64,000 nt of DNA, taken from assembly GCA_963797095.1 (NCBI GenBank), contig CAWCNY010000006.1, positions 896,001 to 960,000 of the forward strand, given 5' to 3'. The translations under genes were made by a program, and so were the position numbers. The notes beneath the pieces are model-generated. The model did no database searches and was not told where the DNA came from. It saw nothing but the letters and a program-made list of their open reading frames with translations. Shown here piece after piece: positions 54,937-64,000 of the stretch. The number at the start of each line of letters is the position of its first letter. Positions within the stretch are counted from its first letter, which is position 1. The DNA is from an uncultured Chloroflexia bacterium. GTDB lineage: Bacteria; Chloroflexota; Chloroflexia; QHBQ01; JADMIH01.

Positions 54937-57115
54937 ATGACCGCCCGCAAACGTACCGACGCCGAACCACCCATCGAGATCACCCCACCCGAGGACGAAG
55001 CAGAGTCCTCGGGGCAAGCGCGCTATGACTATGGCGGCCTCGGCACCGTGATCGCACGCGAGGTGGCGATCCAGGCCCGTCGCGACCGCGCTCGCCGCGA
55101 GTTCTTCCGCATTGAGCACACCTCGCCAGAAACCCCCGGTAATCCCGAAAGCAAGTTCCTCGGCCTCTACAGGATCACAGGCGAGAGCAGCATCCCCTAT
55201 GACGTGCTGATCCGCGACCCCAACCCTGAGCACTTCGTCAATCGCTGCTCCTGCCCCGACTACGAGCAAAACAACCTTGGCACCTGCAAGCACGTCGAGG
55301 CGGTGATGGCCCACATCCGCCGCAAGCACGCGCCCCAGATCCGCGCCGCCAAACCGCGTCTGCTCGAAGTCAACCGCCTCACCGTCTACATCACGCTCCG
55401 CTACGTCGGCGACGGCTCATGGACCGCCGCCCCGGTGTACGACCACGCCCTGGATCCCGGCCTCCTGCGCCTTGTCAACCACTACCTGATGCCCTACCTC
55501 CACCTCCTTGAGGACGACCCACCCCGCTTCCTCGACCGTCTGAATCGCTTCCTGGAGGAAGTGCAGGACTTCGGCGGCACCGCCATAGTGGAGCCGGAGG
55601 TGTACGACTACACGGAGACCGCCCGCGGTCGCTCCGAGCGCGACGCCCGCCGCCGCGAGCTTATGTCGGCTGTAGAGGCAGGGCAAGCTCGTCTCGACCT
55701 CCTCAACCTCCCCCTCTACCCCTATCAGGCCGTGGGCACTCTCTTCCTTGCCTTTACCGAGCGCGCTCTCCTCGCCGACGACATGGGACTTGGGAAAACC
55801 GTCGAGGCGTTGGCGGCGGCTCATCTCCTGAAAGAATGGCACGACATCAAGAAGGTGCTGGTGGTCACGCCCGCCTCCGTCAAGTTCCAGTGGGGCCGCG
55901 AGATTCGAGCGATTCACAGGCGATAGCTACGTGGTGGTCGGTGGTACCAAGCAGAAGCGCGCCAAACAATACGAGCAAGACTCCTTCTTCACCGTCATCA
56001 ACTACGAATTGGTGCTGCGCGACCTCGAACACCTGCACGCCCTCAAACCCGACCTCGTGATCCTCGATGAAGCGCAGCGCATCAAGAACTGGCGCGCCAA
56101 GACCAGCCAGGCCCTCAAAGACCTCCCCCGTCCCTTCGCCTTCGTCCTTACGGGCACTCCCCTCGAAAACCGCCTGGAAGAGCTCTACTCCATCGTCGAA
56201 TTCCTCGACGACCGCCTGCTTGGCCCGCCCTGGCAGTTTATGGCACGCCATATTATCAAGGACGAGTGGGGCGGCATCATCGGCTACCGCGACCTCGAAG
56301 GCGTGCGCCGCGCCATCGCCCCCATTCTCCTGCGACGTCGCAAGGCCGATGTGCTCCAGCAACTCCCTGAGCGCATCGACAACGATTTCTGGCTCGACAT
56401 GGAGACCGAGCAGGAGCGCCTCTATCGCCCCCTCGAAAAAGACCTCAATGAGCTACTCCGCATGCCCGAATGGAACGCTCAGCACAGCGCCCTAGCTCTC
56501 TCCCTCCTTACCAAGCTGCGCGAGTGCGCCACCGCCGCCCAGCTTGCCGACCCCTCTGTGCGCTCCTCCGGCAAGCTCCGCGAGTTGCCCGCCCTCGTAA
56601 CCGAGATAGCCGCTGAGGGCCACAAGATGCTCATCTTCTCGCAATGGGAGCGCATGACCCGCTATGCCCAGGCCGCTATCGAGGGTACAGGCATCAAGAG
56701 CGTGCGCCTGCACGGTGGCCTCCCCATGCGCGAGCGCGCCCGCATCATCGAGCAGTTTATGACCGATCCCTCCGTTCAAGCCTTCATCTCGACCGATGCG
56801 GGCGGCCTCGGCCTCAACCTGCAGGCCGCCTCCTTCGTGATCAACCTCGACCTCCCCTGGAACCCGGCCAGAGTAGAGCAGCGCATAGGCCGCGCCCACC
56901 GCATCGGCCAGACCCAGCCCGTGAACGTGATCAACATGATCGCCATCAAGACGGTCGAACAGCGCGTGCTTGAGATCCTCTACCGCAAACAGGAGCTATT
57001 CGAGGAGATACTCGATGTAGAGCTAGACCCCGAAACAGGCACCCTCAAAACCGACGTCGACTTGCCCGCCGACCGCCTCAGGCGTATAGTGGAGATGTTG
57101 CTAGAGAAAGGATAG
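54937..57115 (+). pseudogene. SWIM zinc-finger SNF2/SWI2 helicase interrupted by a +1 frameshift near 55905
   Basis: SWIM CSCPD...CKH and LADDMGLGKT in frame 1. DEAQRIKN, TGTPLEN, IFSQW, GLNLQ, WNPARVEQRIGRAHRIGQ in frame 2. Confidence 0.85.
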
Positions 57116-57121
57116 ATAACT

Positions 57122-57712
57122 ATGCCTAAGTGGTCCCTCAAGGGGATATTTTCCCGATCTGATACAAACTCGCAGGCCCAGGACAACTCCGATGGCGAAC
57201 TAATCGAAGACGATACCGAAACCCCCGGTGATCTGAGCATGCCCGGCATGGCGGTCAGCCCCCTCGCCATGATGGACGAGCGCAGGCCCGAGGCGTGGCT
57301 AGGCAACTTTCTGGCGATCACCGGCGCGCCTCCCGCCCTCAACTATTCAACGATCGCCGCCGCCCAGCAAGACCAACAATTACGAGCACACCTGCAAGAG
57401 ATCTGGGAGCAGGCGATGGAGCATTCCCCCGCCAGCATGCTTGATTCCAAATATGCCGACGCCCTCAAAGCGAAGGATTGGGCGGCCTGGTGGCGCGGTC
57501 AGGAAGCGTTAGGCAGATATGCTTATTCCATACTCGCCCTCGCCCTTCTTGGTGACCGCTCCCACAACGCCGAGCTTGCCGACCTCTACAGGCAGGATGG
57601 CAACTCACGCATCAAAAAGGACGCTCACTACACCCTGACCTACATCCTAGGCAAAAGCTGGCCCGCCTACACCCCCACCGAAGCCGACCTGTCCCGCCTG
57701 ACATCTTCATAA
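57122..57712 (+). CDS. Hypothetical protein (HEAT-like C-terminal helices)
   Basis: 196-aa ORF 6 nt after the SNF2 stop, with RBS AAAGGA. Confidence 0.65.
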   Translation: MPKWSLKGIFSRSDTNSQAQDNSDGELIEDDTETPGDLSMPGMAVSPLAMMDERRPEAWLGNFLAITGAPPALNYSTIAAAQQDQQLRAHLQEIWEQAMEHSPASMLDSKYADALKAKDWAAWWRGQEALGRYAYSILALALLGDRSHNAELADLYRQDGNSRIKKDAHYTLTYILGKSWPAYTPTEADLSRLTSS

Positions 57713-57792
57713 TCTTTCACAAAGATCTTGAAACATTCCTCCCTGGAGTGTCACATGTAGGTTCGCAAGTACGCAATCAATTTCAAAACATG

Positions 57793-57959
57793 AAATATCC
57801 CGAACTTTAGATTCAGCTTTGCAGGCATACAATCTGGTTCTAAAATAGCCAAAATGGCGGCGAAGCCGCCATTTTGGCTATTTTAGAAGGCCCCTCCCCA
57901 ATTTGGAGTGGGGTTGGGGTGGGGTCGTCGATCGTACTCGCGCTAGTTTGCGGATGCTC
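57793..57959 (+). mobile_element. MITE-like element copy 3 (ends more degenerate)
   Basis: ATATCCCGAACTTTAGATTCAG left end, perfect 24-bp hairpin 57838-57888, then GGCCCCTCCCC...GGGGTTGGGGTGGGGTC. Confidence 0.65.
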
Positions 57960-57965
57960 TCATCG

Positions 57966-58045
57966 AAAAACCGTACCAAAGTACACCCCAAGACCTGTCC
58001 CGTTTTGTCCCACCAATGCCCTACAGTTAATGAGGGCAAGAATAG
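57966..58045 (-). repeat. 80-bp dispersed repeat, copy B
   Basis: Reverse complement matches 21665-21744 at 65/80 positions. Confidence 0.85.
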
Positions 58046-58110
58046 TTACCCTTTCAAACAAGGATCTCAAAACCCGCAAAAAAGGATCAAAAGAGGATGT
58101 AATGGTGCCT

Positions 58111-58452
58111 CTATGTCTGCTCGCCGCCCTCCGGCCCGTAGAACACCACCCAGCACACAAAATCGGAGGTGAATTGCATAAACCTGTGCTCAACGCCCGC
58201 AGCCACGAACAGCACATCGCCCGGCCCAAAATCGTAGGGCGTGCCGTCCGACACGAACTCCCCGCTGCCGCTCACCACGATATAAAGCTCGTCCTGCGTA
58301 TGCGGCGTCTGGGAATCGGTCTCCTTCGGCGCGAAGATCTCCACCGACATCGTGCCATGCGACAGCACCTCCGCATCCCAAACGCCAAGCTTCCACTTCT
58401 CGTTAGCGGGCAAAGGCAGCTTAGCAAGCGCTTCAGCGACAGTAGCCCTCAT
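58111..58452 (-). CDS. Cupin domain protein
   Basis: QTPHTQDELYIVVSGSG...PGDVLFVAAGVEHRF...WVVFYGP. Confidence 0.9.
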   Translation of the reverse strand: MRATVAEALAKLPLPANEKWKLGVWDAEVLSHGTMSVEIFAPKETDSQTPHTQDELYIVVSGSGEFVSDGTPYDFGPGDVLFVAAGVEHRFMQFTSDFVCWVVFYGPEGGEQT

Positions 58453-58515
58453 AACTATCCTCCAGGGAGGTCGATAACTGATGTTGAGATCCTATTACTC
58501 GCTACTCACTACTCG

Positions 58516-60537
58516 CTACTCGTCACTAATCGTAACCGTGTAATTTGCTATCTCCGTAGTCTTCGGTGCAAGCGGGGCAATCACCAGGATCGCCTCTCTC
58601 GTGTTCGTGCCGCTTCCTATACCCGAAACATCGAGCGATCCGGTGCCATCCTGAGACACATCCATCACGCGCACGCGGTTCACCCCGCCCGCACCCTTCT
58701 CTATCAGAGCCACAAACCACTTCTCAGGCACGCGGCTGCCGATCCTGAGCCACCCCTCCGCTTCCCAGTCGCGGCTAACCTCGGCGTCGTCGCTCCAACC
58801 GATCTCCGGGATGCTCAGATCATCGATTGCCAGGCCCGGCCTGTTATACCCTTCGTCCGTGATATACTCGAACCTCACAAGCACGCGCTTGCCCCCGAAG
58901 TTGCTCAGGTCAACCGATTCTTGCACCCAGGTGGGCGTTCCCTTGCCGCTGCCGTTAGTGGCCGCTCCGCTCACCCCCGTCCAGCCAGGTCCGTAGCTTG
59001 CGCCGTTGGGGTTGTCAGTCGTGGTGTACTTACCCTGCAACGGCGTCCACGTAGCGCCGCCATCCGTGGAGGCCTCTATGTACCCGTAGTCGAACATCAA
59101 CTCGATATCGTACCATGTCCAGAACTTGAGAGTGGCCCTCCGCGTGGTGGTCAGGTCGAACTCTCTGGTGAGGGTGGCATCGCCCAAATCACGCCTGTTC
59201 GAGTACCAGAACGCCGACCCGCTGTGAGGCTCGGCCCCGATCACCCGCACCGTATCATCTCCCTTGAACGAAATGGTCGCATCCTGCGTCGTCCCAGAAA
59301 GGCGGATGTAATCGGCGGCGTACTGGTGTACGGTATCGTTCCTGGTAGCCGGGTAGCTGCTGATCGTCCTGCCCGGTGACACCCTCCCGCCTGCCGAGTA
59401 TGAGTATCGTCCATCCGCCGGCCTATTGTCGTTCAGCACGTTGGCGATGGTCCAGTCTTTGAAAGCATCATCAAATCCGACCGGATACCCCGATGCAGCA
59501 AGCGCCTCATCGAATCCCGCCGGGCCTAGTCTATCGCTAGCCAGCAGTTTGCCGAGGAACCTTTCACCCCCAAAGTGGTCCATCGTGTATCTCAGGAACA
59601 AATAGCTCGCGCCGTAGTGCTGTATCGCTTTCGATGTATCGTCCCAGGCGTTCAACTGCGTATCAGGCGTTATAGCAAAGGAAACATCTGCCCCGCCCGG
59701 ATCGTACCCGTTGAGGAACATCGCGACCTCCGAGCTACCCTCATCGAGCCATACCTCGCGGTCGCGCTGTACGTTCCAGTGGATCATGTGCTGGAACTCG
59801 TGCGCCAGAGTCGCCATGAAGTAGTTATCGGGGTCTGCCGGGTCGCCCTTCGGCACGCTCGCCAGGTAGATCATATCTCGCTCGTTGCTGAACGGGTTCA
59901 CGATCTTCGGGTAGGCATCGGCGTTGGAAAAATAGCCGCCAACCCCCGGCACAGGCGCGATCAGCACCGTTAGGTGCTTGTCGTTGTCGACGCCTGGATC
60001 GGCTTCCGGCCCGAACACCTGCCTGTCCTTGATGTAAATATGGCTCTCGAAGTAGTTCGCCGCGCTTTGCAACGCCGGCCCGTTGACGTTGTACCCATCC
60101 TTCACATACCAGTAAGCATGCGGCGTCACAAACCAGATAGTAGCCGTGGCCGTGAAATACGACCGCTTCGTAATGTCCGCGATGTTAAACGTATGCTTTG
60201 TGCCTACATCGTAATTTGGCGGCGTGGCGTTTACTACGCTTGGGATTGGGGTGTCATCCTTTAGCCGCAACCGTTGCGTAAGTGTAATCAGGTCTCGTCC
60301 CGGCGCATCGGTGTCAGCGAGCAGGCTCGCGGTCTGTGTCAGGCTGAACGTTGGGCTTGCAGGAGTATCCAATGACGAACTGAGTGGCGCGGTCACTCCC
60401 GTGATGCGCGTACCGGTTTGATCCAGCAACCGCTCTTGCTCGTGCAGCATTTCGTTGTGTTGCGCAAACAAAACCCCTGCCAGGATCAGCAGGGCCGCCA
60501 GAAAGTTCGATCTGTGCATGAGATGATTATACTTCAT
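58516..60537 (-). CDS. Secreted zinc metallopeptidase with immune-inhibitor-A-like C-terminal domain
   Basis: TLAHEFQHMIH...WLDEG, WYDIE..FDYGYIEASTDGG.TW, RFEYITD, IDDLSIP. Confidence 0.85.
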   Translation of the reverse strand: MKYNHLMHRSNFLAALLILAGVLFAQHNEMLHEQERLLDQTGTRITGVTAPLSSSLDTPASPTFSLTQTASLLADTDAPGRDLITLTQRLRLKDDTPIPSVVNATPPNYDVGTKHTFNIADITKRSYFTATATIWFVTPHAYWYVKDGYNVNGPALQSAANYFESHIYIKDRQVFGPEADPGVDNDKHLTVLIAPVPGVGGYFSNADAYPKIVNPFSNERDMIYLASVPKGDPADPDNYFMATLAHEFQHMIHWNVQRDREVWLDEGSSEVAMFLNGYDPGGADVSFAITPDTQLNAWDDTSKAIQHYGASYLFLRYTMDHFGGERFLGKLLASDRLGPAGFDEALAASGYPVGFDDAFKDWTIANVLNDNRPADGRYSYSAGGRVSPGRTISSYPATRNDTVHQYAADYIRLSGTTQDATISFKGDDTVRVIGAEPHSGSAFWYSNRRDLGDATLTREFDLTTTRRATLKFWTWYDIELMFDYGYIEASTDGGATWTPLQGKYTTTDNPNGASYGPGWTGVSGAATNGSGKGTPTWVQESVDLSNFGGKRVLVRFEYITDEGYNRPGLAIDDLSIPEIGWSDDAEVSRDWEAEGWLRIGSRVPEKWFVALIEKGAGGVNRVRVMDVSQDGTGSLDVSGIGSGTNTREAILVIAPLAPKTTEIANYTVTISDE

Positions 60538-60647
60538 CCCCAACCTTCTGATCGCTATGCTATAATGGCATAGCTTGAGGCTCCGCACCGCCTCAATGTG
60601 CTTCTCTGACCTACTCTAAACTCCTCTTTGATGTGGAGGGTAACTAA

Positions 60648-62003
60648 GTGATAACAGGCACCTTATCAACAGACATATTGATCATCTACATTCCGGCGGT
60701 CCTGGCCGTCCTGATGGGAGTGTTGGGCATCCTTCGTGGTGCGCGCCGGGAAGCCGTGGTTTCCGGCTCGATAGTGCTGGCGGCCCTCATCATTATCGTA
60801 TGGGGCGTCCCGTGGGCCACCGACCTCAGCAACATGTTCCCCAACTTCTCCATATCTGATAGCCGCAATACGCTTGCTTACATCGTAATGGGCCTGTCGG
60901 TGCTGGTCGTCGGCTATATGTTGGGCAGTGCGCTCGTTCCGCGCACTCCGATCGGTGGTTTGTCACGCGTGTGCGGCTTCTTCCTGGGGGTCGCTAACGG
61001 TCTGGCGATTGGAGGTTACTTCATCCGGGGCCAGTACGACTCGGCAACTCTTGACCCATCAGGGGCCAATATCGATCTGATCAACACTCTCACTACCAAC
61101 ACCATCGCCCGCTACCTCTGGATATGGGCAAACTGGTTCCCCCTGGCGGTTGCTATTGTCGCGGCCATAGTTGCCTTGATAGGACCGTTCAGGCGCGCAC
61201 AGACTGTGGTCGCCACCCCTGCCGCTCAGACCGACTGGGGGCCGTCGGCTGCTCCCGCTATGGGTACACCGATGGGCGTGCCTCCTATGGCAGCGCCCGG
61301 CCCCGCCGCCTACACCACGGGCTACGGTCAGGGCTTCACCGGCCAGTACCCGCAGCAACAGCCCCAATACGGCCAGCAGCCCCAGTATGGGCAGCAGCCT
61401 CAGTACCCACAAGCGCCCACTCAGCCCAACCAGTACGCACCTACAAACCAACCATATTCGCAATATCCTCAGTTCGGCCAGCAGCCTGCTGCTCCTCCCG
61501 CCACGCCAGTGCCCTATCCCAGTTCTCCCTATTCACCTGCGCCCACCACGCAGGGTCGCCTTGAGGACGCGCCGCCCACCACGCTTATGCCAACCTCGGA
61601 TCAAACGCGCTCAACGCCGCCCAGTGGGCAGGACACCCGTTATTTTGGGGGCGCGCCTGCCGCCCAGCCGAAAGATACCGGCCCGCAGTCGAAGGCTCCC
61701 GATTGGTCGGGGCCAAGTGAGCCTTCCTGGCTAAGCTCTACCCCCGCTACGTCGAATATGGCCCCACAAGGCTCAAGCGCCCCTTCTTCACCTCAGCTTG
61801 ATAGCTCGCTGGTGTCGCGTTCGGAAGCGCCCACTATGGCCCAACCCATTGTTACATCCGCCCCCGATAATGAGATCGTTCAGAACTCGTCTCAGCCAAC
61901 CGGCGATTCGACTACTTCCTCGTTCGTCAACTGCCCGCGTTGCGGTACCCTTGTCCCATCTGATGCGGCTTTCTGTACTGAGTGCGGCAATAAAATAAGT
62001 TGA
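60648..62003 (+). CDS. CvpA-like membrane protein with Q/P-rich tail and C-terminal zinc ribbon
   Basis: GILRGARRE and SRVCGFFLGVANG (CvpA-like), QQPQY repeats, CPRCG...FCTECG. Confidence 0.7.
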   Translation: MITGTLSTDILIIYIPAVLAVLMGVLGILRGARREAVVSGSIVLAALIIIVWGVPWATDLSNMFPNFSISDSRNTLAYIVMGLSVLVVGYMLGSALVPRTPIGGLSRVCGFFLGVANGLAIGGYFIRGQYDSATLDPSGANIDLINTLTTNTIARYLWIWANWFPLAVAIVAAIVALIGPFRRAQTVVATPAAQTDWGPSAAPAMGTPMGVPPMAAPGPAAYTTGYGQGFTGQYPQQQPQYGQQPQYGQQPQYPQAPTQPNQYAPTNQPYSQYPQFGQQPAAPPATPVPYPSSPYSPAPTTQGRLEDAPPTTLMPTSDQTRSTPPSGQDTRYFGGAPAAQPKDTGPQSKAPDWSGPSEPSWLSSTPATSNMAPQGSSAPSSPQLDSSLVSRSEAPTMAQPIVTSAPDNEIVQNSSQPTGDSTTSSFVNCPRCGTLVPSDAAFCTECGNKIS

Positions 62004-62067
62004 AAGCCTGAAGGTAGCCGGTTGTCAGCTGGCAATGATTGGCCCCTGAGACCAAAGAGAGGTCACC

Positions 62068-63531
62068 ATGCAGAACAATAGATGGTTGCAAGCGTTGATC
62101 ATCTTGCTGGTGATCATCGCCTCCGCGTGGCTAGCGGGGCAGGTGTGGGGCTTCATCATCCAGTTCTCGAATATCCTGCTCCTCTTCTTCCTCTCCTGGC
62201 TACTTTCTTTCATACTACGTCCCATCGCACGGTGGCTGACCAATCGCGGTTTCCCCTATGGCATATCGGTGGGCATCGTATATCTTAGCCTGGCGTTGGT
62301 CATCGTTGTAGGTGGCTTCTTGCTGGTGCCTGTTATTACCCAGCAGATCACACAGCTAATCAATAGCAGCGATGAATGGGCGAAAGACCTGCAACAGCTT
62401 GCTCAGGATATCCAAAATACGCTGACCAGTTGGGGTGTGAAATCGACCGACCTCGATAATATCATCAGCGAGCTTATCGGCCAGGTGCAGACTGCTATTC
62501 TGGCGGTGCTACAAAATACCCTCCCCGTCATCCAGAGCATCGCCACCCTGGTGCTACAACTGATCTTCCTGGTGCTGGTGTCGTTCTACTTCATGAAGGA
62601 CGGCGACCGCCTTGCCGCAGGTCTGCTTCGCCTCTTGCCGCCCAGGTGGCAGGACGAGGCCAGGCTTGCCGCTCTCAGCATCGAGCGCAGCTTTGGCGGC
62701 TTCCTGCGCGGGCAGGTGGTGTTTGCCCTCCTTTACGGTGTGGTGACGGCAGTCATCATGATGATCCCGCCGTTCCAGCTTGACTACGTGGTAATTGCCT
62801 CGATTGCTGCCGGACTATGCATGATCATTCCGCTGGTTGGGGGCTTCATCGCGTACATACCTCCTGTGCTTGTGGCTCTTATCACGCCGGATAAGCCCTG
62901 GTGGTTGTTGTTTATCGTCCTGTTTGTCGTGCAATCGATCATGATCAACGTGCTTAGCCCGAGGATCATGTCTAGCGCGATTGGGTTGCATCCTATCTAT
63001 GTGGTGGCGGCGTTGCTCGTTGGGGGCCAGATCGCTGGCATCTGGGGCGCGCTTTTCGGTATCCCCATCGCTGGTGCGATCAACCTGATTGGCCGCCCTC
63101 TAATGCGCCGCGTACGCTCTCAGACCACGCTCTACCAGGAATCGACATCACATGTCCTTCCTACGAGTGCCTTTATTACGGGGCCGCTTGCCGCCTCGAT
63201 GGCACAGTACAACAAAACGCAAACGCTTCCGCAGACAGAGGTTGCAGCACCCACAGTAGAAACGCCGGGTGTAATGCCACCCAACATCCCTGTGACCGCA
63301 GACGCCGCGTCCGCAACTTCCGCTACTACCGCCCGAGCACCTGAGCCGCCTGTGCCTGCCCCGATTAGCCCTGCTGTCTATTTCGCCGAAGTCGAGCGCG
63401 ATGCCGAGGAGATGGCCCGGCATACGCCCACCCTTTCCGCAAGAGCGTGGAGCCTCGTCGTAGTGGTGGGATCACGCGCCGCCAGTTGGGCCTGGTCCAA
63501 AGCTCGCAGGAATGCCAGAAACCGCGCCTGA
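62068..63531 (+). CDS. AI-2E family transporter
   Basis: LSFILRP, SFYFMKDG, GFLRGQ, IPLVG, PRIMS.AIGLHP, GALFGIP. Confidence 0.9.
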   Translation: MQNNRWLQALIILLVIIASAWLAGQVWGFIIQFSNILLLFFLSWLLSFILRPIARWLTNRGFPYGISVGIVYLSLALVIVVGGFLLVPVITQQITQLINSSDEWAKDLQQLAQDIQNTLTSWGVKSTDLDNIISELIGQVQTAILAVLQNTLPVIQSIATLVLQLIFLVLVSFYFMKDGDRLAAGLLRLLPPRWQDEARLAALSIERSFGGFLRGQVVFALLYGVVTAVIMMIPPFQLDYVVIASIAAGLCMIIPLVGGFIAYIPPVLVALITPDKPWWLLFIVLFVVQSIMINVLSPRIMSSAIGLHPIYVVAALLVGGQIAGIWGALFGIPIAGAINLIGRPLMRRVRSQTTLYQESTSHVLPTSAFITGPLAASMAQYNKTQTLPQTEVAAPTVETPGVMPPNIPVTADAASATSATTARAPEPPVPAPISPAVYFAEVERDAEEMARHTPTLSARAWSLVVVVGSRAASWAWSKARRNARNRA

Positions 63532-64000
63532 GCATCGATCCTGGGTCCAGCGTCTAAGCTCCCTGTGGGTTGTCCTGGGCTATACTGTTCTCACCGTCAT
63601 ACTGACGTGGCCTATTTCCGGCAACCTCGCGACGCAGGTGCCTGGTGGAGGAGATGCCTGGCAGCATATCTGGAACCTGTGGTGGGTGAAGGATGCTCTT
63701 CTGAATCTGCATACCAATCCCTACCACACGGACCTGTTGTACTATCCCGATGGCGTCAATCTATACTTCCATACTCTGGTGCTCTCCGCAGGGCTGATCG
63801 GAATACCTCTGCAACTCCTTGGCCTCAATCTCCTCGCTACGTATAACCTGATCCTCCTCTCTACTTATGTGCTTGCGGGTTATGGCACTTTTCTTTTGTG
63901 CTGCCACCTGACAGGGAAAACCTGGGCATCTTTCGTTGGGGGGCTGGTATTTGCCTTCGCGCCTTATCACTCGGCGCATCTGTTTGGGCACATGAACCTG
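63512..64000 (+). CDS. YfhO/GT-C-like polytopic membrane protein (3'-truncated; absent from ORF track)
   Basis: ATG 63512 open to window end: ...LTWPI...GGDAWQHIWNLWWVK...YYPDG...AFAPYH...GHMNL. Confidence 0.75.
   Translation, partial: MPETAPEHRSWVQRLSSLWVVLGYTVLTVILTWPISGNLATQVPGGGDAWQHIWNLWWVKDALLNLHTNPYHTDLLYYPDGVNLYFHTLVLSAGLIGIPLQLLGLNLLATYNLILLSTYVLAGYGTFLLCCHLTGKTWASFVGGLVFAFAPYHSAHLFGHMNL

Noticed and set aside
55895-55930. Programmed ribosomal frameshifting at the SNF2 or VWA breaks
   Set aside because: No slippery heptamer, homopolymer or stimulatory structure seen. A one-base insertion explains both.
57874-59379. 501-aa plus-strand ORF
   Set aside because: Starts inside the MITE and runs antisense to the cupin and metallopeptidase genes, which have clear motifs. 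A GC-rich shadow ORF.
1-64000. tRNA, rRNA, riboswitch, dif site or integrase/transposase genes
   Set aside because: None recognised by eye. tRNAscan-SE, Infernal/Rfam and ISEScan would be needed to exclude them formally.

Overview
A gene-dense, mostly housekeeping window from a moderately GC-rich bacterium, very probably phylum Chloroflexota. The basis is the (Q/V)WFERARFEYHP-type surface repeats, Cys-rich SLH domains, XRE-NB-ARC-TPR regulator and heptamer intergenic repeats. Core genes include accC-yqhY-nusB-acp-acp, tatC, rqcH, gmk, rlmB, a tRNA nucleotidyltransferase, M42 and M1 peptidases, an aminotransferase, thpR-surE-cysS, a glycosyltransferase/CsaB-like/SLH surface cluster and a SWIM-SNF2 helicase. 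I saw no rRNA, tRNA, CRISPR, prophage or transposase gene. Most notable: (1) a stand-alone, self-transcribed, divergent RNA polymerase alpha gene whose beta-facing motifs are altered while the beta'-facing and alphaCTD motifs are kept; (2) an unusual ACP pair, one lacking the phosphopantetheine Ser and one with 28-aa N-terminal repeats; (3) a three-copy ~170-190 bp MITE-like element with a co-varying 24-25 bp hairpin, plus a separate two-copy 80-bp repeat; (4) an unannotated 31-aa Lys-rich gene with its own promoter and terminator; (5) two +1 frameshifts and a catalytically dead SGNH protein. All family calls come from motifs recognised by eye, not from database searches.
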